Positions 7,723 to 16,623 of a DNA stretch of 39,135 nucleotides are shown piece by piece. The position numbers and the translations under genes are program-made. The stretch's first letter is position 1, and every line of letters starts with the position of its first letter. Origin of the DNA: a virus (Duplodnaviria; Caudoviricetes); IMG/VR virus record IMGVR_UViG_3300012665_000609, positions 1-39,135 of that record; one strand, written 5' to 3'. Below the pieces are notes generated by a model, which saw only the letters and a program-made list of their open reading frames with translations, ran no database searches and was not told where the DNA came from.

Positions 7723-9308
7723 AACAAATCTCTAGTGCTGCTGTTGCTGCTCCGGGCTTCTATGGGCTTAACACCCAAGAGAGTGGAGCAGTGTTGTCAG
7801 ATGGTTTTGCACTTGTAGCTTCTAACTGTGTCATTGATAAGTATGGACGCTTAGGAGCACGTAAGGGGTGGGTTCAAAAGACTACAACTACTGCTGGTCT
7901 TAGTGGTGCAAACATTTATAGCATCTTTGAATACTTGAATGCTGATGGTACAATTGATTATCTAAGTGCTGGTAATAATAAACTATGGCGTGGTGGCATT
8001 GGTGCTGTGTTAACAGATATTACACCATCAATGACTGTCACAGATAACCACTGGCAGATGGCTTCTTTAAAAGACCATTGCTTGATGGTACAAAAAAGCC
8101 ATCTTCCTGTTTTGTTTACAAGGGAAAGCGGTAGTCCTGTTTGTACAACTCTTGTGGGACATGGCTCAGCACATGGCGGTGCTAGTTTTGCTGCTCCTGT
8201 ATTTGGTACTGGAACAAGTAATGGCCCTAATAGTTGTTTAGCTGCTTATGGTCGCTTCTGGGTGGCAGGTAGTACTTCTTCTCCAACAACAGTGTTCTGG
8301 TCTACAGACATTCTTGATAGTCACTTTCCTACCTTTGATACTGGTGGTGCTCGTACCTCTGGTAGTATTAATATAGCTTCTAAGCTTCCTAATAATACAG
8401 ATGAAATTGTATCTATTGCTGCACATAATGGTTTCTTAATTGTTTTCTGTAAACAAAACATTGTTATTCTAAGTGGGGCTGAGAATCCAACTACAGCAAT
8501 GACCATCTCTGATGTCATTCCCGGCATTGGTTGTATTGCACGAGATAGCATACAGAAGACAGGTAATGACTTGTTATTCTTGAGTGCTTCTGGTTTGCGT
8601 AGCCTTGGACGTACCATTCAAGAGAAGAGTATGCCTATGCGTGATCTCTCTAAGAACATTCGTGATGACTTGTTTAACAACATTGGCAGCACAGAAGCTA
8701 ACCTTATTAAGAGTTGTTATTCAGAGAAGTATGGCTTCTATTTGTTGAGCTTTCCAACAACAGCTTCTCCTATTGTTTATTGCTTTGATTTAAAGCAAGC
8801 TCTTCCAGACGGTGCTGCTCGTGTCACCTCATGGAATGGCTATAGTGCCTATGCTTTCTCTTCTAACAGGGATGGCTCTTTGTACATAGGTAAGCCAGCA
8901 GGTATTGGTGAATACGCTGGTTATCAAGACAATGGTGTTAAATATGTCTTTACATATTATACCAACTACTTTGACTTTGGACAGCCTACAGTTAACAAGA
9001 TTGCTAAGAAGCTTGGCTTTGTATTGATTGGTGGTGGTGGTCAACGCTTTGTTTCTAAGATTGGCTTTGATTATTCAAATCAATATAGTAGCTATCCTGT
9101 TGTTATGGATTCAGGAAACTATGCAGAATATAACATAGCTGAATATAACATAGCAGAATATTCTTCTGGTCTTGTTATTGATGATGTCACTGTTTCTGTT
9201 GGTGGTCAAGGCAAGATTGTTCAAATGGGCTTTGAGGCTGAGGTGTCTGGAAGTCCTCTAAGCGTACAGAAGATGGATATATTTATTAAGCAAGGGAAGA
9301 TTTACTAA
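7719..9308 (+). CDS. Tail nozzle / tail tubular protein B-like (beta-propeller)
   Basis: 529 aa, beta-rich. PGFYGLNTQ N-terminus, GIGCIARDSIQ..GNDLLFLS..GLRSL, C-terminal AEYNIAEYNIAEYS. Synteny. Confidence 0.7.
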   Translation: MKQISSAAVAAPGFYGLNTQESGAVLSDGFALVASNCVIDKYGRLGARKGWVQKTTTTAGLSGANIYSIFEYLNADGTIDYLSAGNNKLWRGGIGAVLTDITPSMTVTDNHWQMASLKDHCLMVQKSHLPVLFTRESGSPVCTTLVGHGSAHGGASFAAPVFGTGTSNGPNSCLAAYGRFWVAGSTSSPTTVFWSTDILDSHFPTFDTGGARTSGSINIASKLPNNTDEIVSIAAHNGFLIVFCKQNIVILSGAENPTTAMTISDVIPGIGCIARDSIQKTGNDLLFLSASGLRSLGRTIQEKSMPMRDLSKNIRDDLFNNIGSTEANLIKSCYSEKYGFYLLSFPTTASPIVYCFDLKQALPDGAARVTSWNGYSAYAFSSNRDGSLYIGKPAGIGEYAGYQDNGVKYVFTYYTNYFDFGQPTVNKIAKKLGFVLIGGGGQRFVSKIGFDYSNQYSSYPVVMDSGNYAEYNIAEYNIAEYSSGLVIDDVTVSVGGQGKIVQMGFEAEVSGSPLSVQKMDIFIKQGKIY

Positions 9309-10006
9309 TGAGTAACTATACTAAACTAACAGCTTACGATACAAAGGATAGCCTCTCAACTGGTGATCCCCTGAAGCGTATTAAAGGAACAGAGCTTGAT
9401 GATGAGTTTGATGCCATCTCTACAGCCATTGCAACTAAAGCAAACCTTGCAAGCCCTGAGTTCACTGGTGTTCCTACAACACCTACAGCTTCTTCTGGTG
9501 TAAACACAACACAGATAGCTTCAACAGCTTTTGTTCAAGCAGCAATAGCCCTTGCTTATCAAACTCTTTATCCTGTTGGTTCTATTTATACCAATGCTTC
9601 TAATGCTACAAATCCAGCTACGTTGTTAGGCTTTGGTACATGGACAGCCTTTGCTGCTGGTCGTGTAATGGTGGGCAATGGCGGTGGCTTTAGTGCTGGA
9701 GCTACTGGCGGCTCTGCTGATGCATCTGTTGTTAGCCATACTCACACAGCTACTACTGCATCAGCGGGTGCACACGTTCACACTATCCAATATCAGATTA
9801 CTGGTACGAATGACCCCGATGGGTTGAACTATTACATTGCTACGGACAGCCGTGGGCCTAGCGGTTATATCCAGCCATCCAATATGTATCTGGAGAGTGC
9901 TGGTTCCCACACTCACTCTGTTACTGTGGATTCCACTGGTTCTTCAGGAACTAATGCTAACTTGCAGCCATATATTGTTGTATATATGTGGCAGCGCACA
10001 GCGTAA
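9308..10006 (+). CDS. Tail needle/short fibre with HxH motifs
   Basis: N-terminal IKGTELDDEFDAI anchor, LYPVGSIY...FGTW...GRV.VG collar-like domain, HTH/HVH/HTH motifs, NLQPYIVVYMWQRTA end. Confidence 0.7.
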   Translation: MSNYTKLTAYDTKDSLSTGDPLKRIKGTELDDEFDAISTAIATKANLASPEFTGVPTTPTASSGVNTTQIASTAFVQAAIALAYQTLYPVGSIYTNASNATNPATLLGFGTWTAFAAGRVMVGNGGGFSAGATGGSADASVVSHTHTATTASAGAHVHTIQYQITGTNDPDGLNYYIATDSRGPSGYIQPSNMYLESAGSHTHSVTVDSTGSSGTNANLQPYIVVYMWQRTA

Positions 10007-10218
10007 TGGCTTTTGAATGTGAACAATGTGGCTTATGTTGTAAGAAAGTAAACTGTATGTATTTAACACAAGATAATAAATGTTCTATATATGAAACAAG
10101 ACCTCTTGTTTGTAATGTAGAAGAAGGCTATAAGGTTTTCTTTGCTGATAAGATGAGCAAAGAAGAGTATAACAAAATGAACAGAGTAATCTGTATCTCT
10201 TTACAACAGGGAAAATAA
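10006..10218 (+). CDS. YkgJ-family CxxCxxCC Zn/Fe-chelating protein
   Basis: Start re-assigned to ATG 10006 (TAATG overlap). FECEQCGLCC...C.YL...NKCSIYETRPLVC matches the CxxCxxCC family pattern. Confidence 0.8.
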   Translation: MAFECEQCGLCCKKVNCMYLTQDNKCSIYETRPLVCNVEEGYKVFFADKMSKEEYNKMNRVICISLQQGK

Positions 10219-10219
10219 G

Positions 10220-11173
10220 ATGATTCCACTTATTGTTGCTGGTGCTGGCTTGCTTAGTTCTTCAATGGCTAGTAAGTCTGCTAAGAATGCTGCTAATGCT
10301 CAACTGCAAGCAGGACGAGAGGCTAATGCAGCCAATCTAGAAGCAGCTCGCATTGCTGCTGAGTCTGCTAAATTTAAACCATATAGCATTACCTCTGGCT
10401 TTGGTCAAGGCTTCTTTGATACAGAGAAGGGCACTGCTGGTTATAACATTGACCCTCGTCTGGCAGCCTTTAGAGACACTCTCTATGGGCAAGCAGAACA
10501 GACAATGGGAAACATTGGTACACCAGAAGACCAAGCTCGTCAATATTACCAACAGCAGATGGGCTTGCTTGCTCCTCAACGGTTACAAGAAGACATTGAT
10601 GCACGTCAGAAAAGCTTAAGTACAGGACGTGTGGGCCTTGGTGTTTCTGCTGGCTATGGTGGTGCAGGGGATGTCTCTGGTATGTTAAACCCAGATGACT
10701 TTGCACGTATGCGAGCACGTGAACTTGCCAATGCTCAAATTGCAAATGAGAGTACCACATATGGACAAAACCTCATTGACAAACTTATTGCTCGTGGCAC
10801 TGGTTTGTTTACCTCTGGAGCAGGTGTTGAGCAGTTTGGTATGACACCTCTGACAATGGGTGCTGACATTGGTAACAAGGCTTCTATCTCCCAAGGACAA
10901 CAGGCTAATGCTCTGTTGCAAGGAGGAATGGCTGGCTCTAGGGCACTGCTTGAGGGTAGCACAGGGGCTTCTCAGTACAACCTAGCTGGTGGCCTTGCAA
11001 CAGCAGGAGCAGTACAAGGAGCTGGTAGAGCTATTGGTGGTATGGACTTTAGCCAAATGCGTAATCCCTTTAGTGGTATGTTTACACAGGCTCCTTCTCC
11101 TTCTCCAAGTTCAAGCTATTGGTCAGGAAATACACAGCCAACTATGCAAGGCAACTATTCCTTTGGAGGTTAA
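10220..11173 (+). CDS. Internal virion/ejection protein 1 (pilot-like)
   Basis: Gly/Ala/Gln-rich, hydrophobic N-terminus followed by SAKNAANAQ, no Cys. Position after the tail genes. Confidence 0.65.
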   Translation: MIPLIVAGAGLLSSSMASKSAKNAANAQLQAGREANAANLEAARIAAESAKFKPYSITSGFGQGFFDTEKGTAGYNIDPRLAAFRDTLYGQAEQTMGNIGTPEDQARQYYQQQMGLLAPQRLQEDIDARQKSLSTGRVGLGVSAGYGGAGDVSGMLNPDDFARMRARELANAQIANESTTYGQNLIDKLIARGTGLFTSGAGVEQFGMTPLTMGADIGNKASISQGQQANALLQGGMAGSRALLEGSTGASQYNLAGGLATAGAVQGAGRAIGGMDFSQMRNPFSGMFTQAPSPSPSSSYWSGNTQPTMQGNYSFGG

Positions 11174-11175
11174 TA

Positions 11176-12267
11176 ATGGCAGCAGATACAGTAGGTAGTT
11201 TGTTTAATTTACCAACAGCACAACAAGCAGGTCAGCAATATTATGAAGGTTTGATGTCTAGTCCTGCTCAAATGAATCAGCTTGGTTTATTGCAACAGGT
11301 AGTGGCAATGGGCCGTGATGGTGGTGCTAGTTTGGGCTATGGTGCTGGTCGCTTGCTTGGTGGACGTACAGCAGATGAAGTGCGTATTCAAGGAGTGAAT
11401 GAAGCAATGGCAGAAGCTACTCGCATGGGTGGTACAGATGCTGATATGTATGCCAACCTTGCTAAGGGCTTGGCTGCTCGTGGGCTTACACAAGATGCTA
11501 TGGCTGCAACAGAGAAGGCTCGTGCTGCTAAGCGTGACGAACAGGCCATGACATTGGCGGCAAGCCAAGAGGCTCGTGCTGTATCAAAAGAAGGTCGTGA
11601 TGTTTCTGCTGAGCAACGTGCTATGATTGCTGCTAAACAAGCAGAAGATGAATACAAACAACGTATGGCAATGTATCCTCTTGATCTACAAGTTAAAGGA
11701 CTGGCTATTCTGAAAGCAGAGCAAGACCTTAATGGTGCTATGGGTGAGATTACTATGACCCAAGAAGCTTTGAATACTGGAATCAATCCCAAAACTGGTC
11801 AGCCCTTAACAAATACAGAAGCACAGGGTTTACGAGCTCGTCTTGCACAAGCAACTCTTGCAGTTAACAATGAAGCTACTAAGATTGCTAATGAGAAAGC
11901 AGAGCATGAGCTTAAGATGAAGAGCTATGAAGCTTCAATAGCTTCAAGTAAAGCTTCAACATCTGCTGCTAATGCAAGAGCAAAACAAGAATCTTTTACG
12001 CAGTCTCTTTTTACTGATCCAGATGTTATGGGTCAAAAACAGTATATTGGTAAGATGGATAAACAAGGACGAGTGCTAGGTAGTGATGGTGTTGAATATT
12101 CAAATAGAGATGCAGCAATAAGAGGACAAGGCATTGGTGTTGAGCCTATGGCCCCTGCTGCTCAAGCGCCTGCTCAAGCTGCTCCTCAACCGGGCTTCTT
12201 TGATCGTCTGTTTGGTACTCCTGCTCCTGCTTCTAAAACTCCTCAGAAACCTTTGAGCGCATACTGA
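11176..12267 (+). CDS. Internal virion/ejection protein 2
   Basis: Start re-assigned to ATG 11176 (SD GGAGG). Ala/Gln-rich, helical, no Cys. Synteny. Confidence 0.6.
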   Translation: MAADTVGSLFNLPTAQQAGQQYYEGLMSSPAQMNQLGLLQQVVAMGRDGGASLGYGAGRLLGGRTADEVRIQGVNEAMAEATRMGGTDADMYANLAKGLAARGLTQDAMAATEKARAAKRDEQAMTLAASQEARAVSKEGRDVSAEQRAMIAAKQAEDEYKQRMAMYPLDLQVKGLAILKAEQDLNGAMGEITMTQEALNTGINPKTGQPLTNTEAQGLRARLAQATLAVNNEATKIANEKAEHELKMKSYEASIASSKASTSAANARAKQESFTQSLFTDPDVMGQKQYIGKMDKQGRVLGSDGVEYSNRDAAIRGQGIGVEPMAPAAQAPAQAAPQPGFFDRLFGTPAPASKTPQKPLSAY

Positions 12268-14351
12268 TGGCTACATTCTTAAGCCCTGAAGAACAAGTGA
12301 TGGGCTCCATTGGAGCCTCTGGTGTAGAGCCTTCTAGTCGCTTTGACTTAACAGGAGCTTTACAAGATGGCTATACCCCTGCACAAATTGCTGATGAACT
12401 AGCAAAGCGTAAGGGGTTTAACATCACAGGAGCCAGACAGGACGGCTACAAAGATGACCAAATCATCTCTCACTTGATGGGAGAGACAGCCTTTACAGGA
12501 GCTATGCAACGTTTTATTCAAGCTGGTGGTAGTACTATCAAAGGCATTGCAGACCTTGCATGGGGTGGTCTTGATAAAGAAAGAGCCTTGGCTGAACGTA
12601 CAGCAGCAAGCATTGCTTCTGCTAATGCTCCTATTGCTGGCCTAGCTGGTGAGTTTGCTGGTGCTATAGCAGACCCCATCACAGCCCCTGCCTTTGCTCT
12701 TAAAGGCTTGAAGGCTGCAACTCTTGCTGGCACTATGGCTAAGCAAGGAGCTTTACAAGGCGGTGTTGGTGGCTTCTTAGAGCCTGTTCTCACACCAGAA
12801 GAGAGTCGTTTGTTTAACACTGTAGCTGGCACTGCTGTTGGTACTGTCTTTGGTGCTGGCCTTGGTAAAGCTAGTGAAGGAGTTATTAACTTCCTTGAGA
12901 AGCGAGCCATCAAAGCAGCAGATACAGAAACAACTAAAGCTGCCATTGATGATGTGGCTAAGACAGTTGATAACCCACCAAGCAAACAAGCAGCAGAAGC
13001 ACAGGCTGTTAATTATGAAACCCCTGCTTATCTACGTAGGGCAGAAGCTGAAGGTGTTCCTGCTGCTCCTGTTGTACGTGAGCCTGATGCTGTACAGATT
13101 AAGCTTGTTGAAGACCGCATTGCTAAGACAGAAGCTGAAATTGCTAAGCATGAAACAGACCTTGCTAATGTACAGAAGCAACAGCCAGAGAAAGAAGTTG
13201 GTGACTTGCTTGGTTTGAAAGACCCCACCAAAGTTCCAACAGAAAAACAAGTGGCTGCTCTGTTCAAAGCTCCAGAAGGACAAGACCTTCCTGCTAGGTT
13301 TGGCCTTGTTGCTCCAACTAAAGAAGCCCCTGCTAAGCAAGTGGCTGCTTTGTTTAAGAGTGCAGCTCCTAATGAAGTTCCTGTTATCAAACAACAAATC
13401 GTTGAAGCTGCCAAACAAGGGACAGCACAGGAATATTTGTTACGACAAATTGAGACAAAGAAGGCTGAGGTTGAGAAGCTCAAGGGAATGATTGCCCCTC
13501 CTGCCAGAGAGTTCCCAATACAAGTTGAAACACGACAGGGGGTTCTTCCAGAACAGGTGGCTGCACGTGATGCACGTGTGCAGCAGACAATGGAACGTAC
13601 AGGCAGAGCAGAGCCAATGCCTCAAGAAGCCCCTAGAATGGCTCAGGAAGCCCCTATTCAGGGAGTTCCTATGCCTACCCCTACGCAAGCACCTATGGCT
13701 GCTTCTAGAGGTTTTCAAAGTGGTGGTTCTGCCGCTACTCCTAGAGAGCTGTTGTATGCTGAGAGTGTTCCTTTTCAGACCAATGCAGAGAAGCTACTCA
13801 CTGGTGGTCAAACACGTGGGGCTAATGTAGCTCCTGTTTCTGCTAACGAGCAATGGAATGATTTATTCTCTAAAGCTGTGGGTGTTCTTGGTGCTAAGGG
13901 AAGACAGCTTCGTGGGCGTGGAGAGTTTGGTGGTAGCCTTGAAGGAACAATGAAGGCTGGTGAGAAGGCTGCTGCTAGGATGCAGCGAGAAGAGGGCTCA
14001 ATAGAAGATTGGGTGTTCAAACAGAATGATGATGGTACATTCCCTAACATCGACAAGAGCTGGAACAGGGCTGAGGTTGAAGCCTTCCGTCCTGTCTATG
14101 AAGAAGCACGAGCCACTCTGTCTGCCAACCTCGCTGAGATCAATCGCTTACGTGATGCTGGTGAGCTTACAGAGAGTGCTCTAAATAACCTGACCTACAG
14201 AAGCCAACTGCCTATTGGCATCCTTGGCATCTATCAAGGACAACGAACAAAAGCTTCTGACACCCTCAATGCTTTTAAACTGGCTAAGTCTGAATACGAA
14301 GCTGGCAAAGAAGTTAAAGGACTATTTCAACCCGGTGTTGATTGTCAATAA
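12267..14351 (+). CDS. Large internal virion/ejection protein, part A
   Basis: 694 aa. Duplicated N-terminal F..TGA.QDGY repeat, Gly/Ala-rich membrane-like segment, KQVAALFK repeat. The only Cys is the penultimate residue. Confidence 0.6.
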   Translation: MATFLSPEEQVMGSIGASGVEPSSRFDLTGALQDGYTPAQIADELAKRKGFNITGARQDGYKDDQIISHLMGETAFTGAMQRFIQAGGSTIKGIADLAWGGLDKERALAERTAASIASANAPIAGLAGEFAGAIADPITAPAFALKGLKAATLAGTMAKQGALQGGVGGFLEPVLTPEESRLFNTVAGTAVGTVFGAGLGKASEGVINFLEKRAIKAADTETTKAAIDDVAKTVDNPPSKQAAEAQAVNYETPAYLRRAEAEGVPAAPVVREPDAVQIKLVEDRIAKTEAEIAKHETDLANVQKQQPEKEVGDLLGLKDPTKVPTEKQVAALFKAPEGQDLPARFGLVAPTKEAPAKQVAALFKSAAPNEVPVIKQQIVEAAKQGTAQEYLLRQIETKKAEVEKLKGMIAPPAREFPIQVETRQGVLPEQVAARDARVQQTMERTGRAEPMPQEAPRMAQEAPIQGVPMPTPTQAPMAASRGFQSGGSAATPRELLYAESVPFQTNAEKLLTGGQTRGANVAPVSANEQWNDLFSKAVGVLGAKGRQLRGRGEFGGSLEGTMKAGEKAAARMQREEGSIEDWVFKQNDDGTFPNIDKSWNRAEVEAFRPVYEEARATLSANLAEINRLRDAGELTESALNNLTYRSQLPIGILGIYQGQRTKASDTLNAFKLAKSEYEAGKEVKGLFQPGVDCQ

Positions 14352-14359
14352 GGAAAACT

Positions 14360-16378
14360 ATGGCTGGTAAATTTGATCCTAAATGCACGTTGAACATCCT
14401 TGAGATGGCTGACATGCATAAGCTTGTTGATGACATTGTAAAGAATGGTCAGCTAACACAAGCAGAAGCTAACGCTTTAAAAGCTGAGATGACAGGACGC
14501 ATCATTAAAGAGGGAGCAAGCTTCAAGAAAATACGAGCAATGACTGCTGAGTATGTAATCAATGGATACCTCACTGCTCCTACAAACATTACAACCAATG
14601 CGATGTCTGGTGCTGGTCAGGTGCTTCTCAGTCCTTTGTTAAGGGAGATGGAAGCCATTGTAGGCAAGGCAACAGCAAACAAGGTTGACCAACGTAAGAG
14701 TGGTGAAGGCCTTATCATGCTCAAGGGAATCCTCCAAGGCTTCAGTGAGGGTATGGACTTCGCTAAGGCTGGTTGGGTTACAGGTAAGCCTCTTGATTTA
14801 AAGGTTGATGCTGCTTCTTTTGGTATGACAGCTAAAGAGTTTAGGGATGCTCAAGTTAAATATGGCTTTGATGACATCAAGGCTGAAGCCCTTAAGGAAG
14901 TGTTATATGACCAAGCAACACAAGCCATTCCCGGAACTATAGGTAAGGTGTTACGTTTTGGTTCTAAGGCTGGTGTAGCTATTGATGAGTTCTGGAAAGC
15001 CACGCTGCGTAGAATGGAATTCAATGCTAAGGCTTATAGAGATGCTGACCTCTTAGCTGAAAAGTTTGGTGTGTCCAAAGAAGAAGCATATGCTAAGGCA
15101 ACAGAGAATCGTATGAATCCAGATAACTGGAATTCTCTGATGCGTGAAACCTTTGGTGTTAAGGGAACAACAGACATAGCAAACTTTGCTAAAGAGAAGG
15201 TGTTCCAAGAAAACCTTGGTGGTCTTGCTAAGACAGTGCAGGAACTGAGAGCTAAGAATCCTCTTGCTGGTGCTTTGATTATTCCCTTTGTTAAAACACC
15301 ATACAACATTCTTAAAGAAGGTGCAGCATATATGCCCGGCATTGGGGCTTTGGCACGTAAGGAAATCATTGACCCATTGGTTGGTAAAGGAACAGGGAAG
15401 TTTGATTGGGCATTGGCTCAGCCTGTACAAAGAGAACGCCTCATTGCTAAACAGATGTTAGGCATGGCTGCAACTCTGTATGTTAATGCATTGGTTGAAC
15501 AAGGAGCTGTAACAGGTTCTAGCCCTAAAGGAGATTTACCTAAGTTCTCTGTAAAAATTGGAGACTCTTGGTATAGCTATGCTCGTATTGAACCATTAGC
15601 CACCATGTTTGGCTTGGTTGCTGATATGCATCAAACATATAACGATTATAGGAAAGACCCAAAGTGGAATAAAGAAACAGCAGATAAGATAGCTGGACAC
15701 TTTGCTAAAGAAACTGCACAAAGCGTAGCTGATAACATATTGAATAAGTCTTTTGTTGAAGGCATTGCTAAGGCCATATCTGCTGTGTTAAATCCAGAGC
15801 GTTATGGAGATGCTTTCATAGAATCATATTCAACCACTGCCATCCCTGCTGGTGTGGCTGCTGTTGCACGAGGCTTTGACCCATATGAACGACAAGTAGT
15901 TGGCTTCACTGACAAGCTCATGGGACGTATCCCCGGCTTACGTGACAACCTGCCTGTGCGTTATGACAACATGGGCCAACCTATTCAAACAAGCATTAGT
16001 GAGGTGCTTGCTGGTGTTAAAGTGTTTACACCTACAGAACTTCAGAAGCGTTTGAATGAAGTTGATGTAGACATCAAAGGTATAGGCAAGAAGGTGGGGA
16101 GAGTTGAGCTTACATCAGACCAACTGTCACGCTATGGACAACTGGCTGGTGGCTACTTTGCTGCTGGTTTAGAGAAGGGTATGAATAGCCCTCAATGGCA
16201 GAAGTATGATGCTTTTCAACAAGAACAATATGTTAAAACAACTCTTGAGAAAAGTAGAAGTGCTGCTGCACGACAGTTAGCGGGTGAGCTTTACAAGACA
16301 GACCCTAAGTTTGCTACTGACTTCTATAATGAATATCTCATAAGCAAGGGCTTGCAAGGTCGAGTACCATTAAAGTAA
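14360..16378 (+). CDS. Large internal virion/ejection protein, part B
   Basis: ATG 14360 with SD AAGGA. IDEFWK, IIPFVKTPYNI and WYSYARIEPL motifs typical of large podovirus ejection proteins. Last gene of the arm. Confidence 0.65.
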   Translation: MAGKFDPKCTLNILEMADMHKLVDDIVKNGQLTQAEANALKAEMTGRIIKEGASFKKIRAMTAEYVINGYLTAPTNITTNAMSGAGQVLLSPLLREMEAIVGKATANKVDQRKSGEGLIMLKGILQGFSEGMDFAKAGWVTGKPLDLKVDAASFGMTAKEFRDAQVKYGFDDIKAEALKEVLYDQATQAIPGTIGKVLRFGSKAGVAIDEFWKATLRRMEFNAKAYRDADLLAEKFGVSKEEAYAKATENRMNPDNWNSLMRETFGVKGTTDIANFAKEKVFQENLGGLAKTVQELRAKNPLAGALIIPFVKTPYNILKEGAAYMPGIGALARKEIIDPLVGKGTGKFDWALAQPVQRERLIAKQMLGMAATLYVNALVEQGAVTGSSPKGDLPKFSVKIGDSWYSYARIEPLATMFGLVADMHQTYNDYRKDPKWNKETADKIAGHFAKETAQSVADNILNKSFVEGIAKAISAVLNPERYGDAFIESYSTTAIPAGVAAVARGFDPYERQVVGFTDKLMGRIPGLRDNLPVRYDNMGQPIQTSISEVLAGVKVFTPTELQKRLNEVDVDIKGIGKKVGRVELTSDQLSRYGQLAGGYFAAGLEKGMNSPQWQKYDAFQQEQYVKTTLEKSRSAAARQLAGELYKTDPKFATDFYNEYLISKGLQGRVPLK

Positions 16379-16391
16379 CTTCCTAGTTACC
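16374..16391. promoter_or_regulatory. Palindromic box copy (AGTAACT-TCCT-AGTTACC)
   Basis: One of eight copies of the GTAACT-N4-AGTTAC motif. Confidence 0.6.
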
Positions 16392-16425
16392 AAAAAGAAA
16401 GGGGACTTAATAGTCCCCTTTTTTG
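16392..16425. terminator. Bidirectional rho-independent terminator between the convergent arms
   Basis: A-tract, GGGGACT-taat-AGTCCCC stem-loop, T6 tract. Lies between convergent stop codons. Confidence 0.9.
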
Positions 16426-16614
16426 TTACTTAGTTGGTTCGGTGTCTTCTAGATCAAAGAAGTCACCAATGTAGCAGGTTAGAAAGGGTAGCTTAATCAA
16501 CACCCCACAGAAAGCAACCACTTGTTCTTCTGTGCCATTAGTTACAATGTGACAGATGTCCTCATTATACTCAATGTCCAGACCAATACCCTGACGAAAC
16601 TTAAACATAATCAT
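16426..16614 (-). CDS. Hypothetical protein (62 aa)
   Basis: SD AAGGAG. Fills the gap between the RNR and the terminator. Confidence 0.6.
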   Translation of the reverse strand: MIMFKFRQGIGLDIEYNEDICHIVTNGTEEQVVAFCGVLIKLPFLTCYIGDFFDLEDTEPTK

Positions 16615-16623
16615 ACAGTCTCC

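Noticed and set aside
9118-9165. Triple GAATATAACATAGC-like repeat as a regulatory element
   Set aside because: It encodes the AEYNI peptide repeat at the nozzle C-terminus and is explained by the protein.
14335-14360. Programmed -1 frameshift fusing the two large ejection ORFs
   Set aside because: The downstream frame has a TGA at 14339-14341, the shared window is only a few bases with no slippery heptamer, and ATG 14360 has its own SD.
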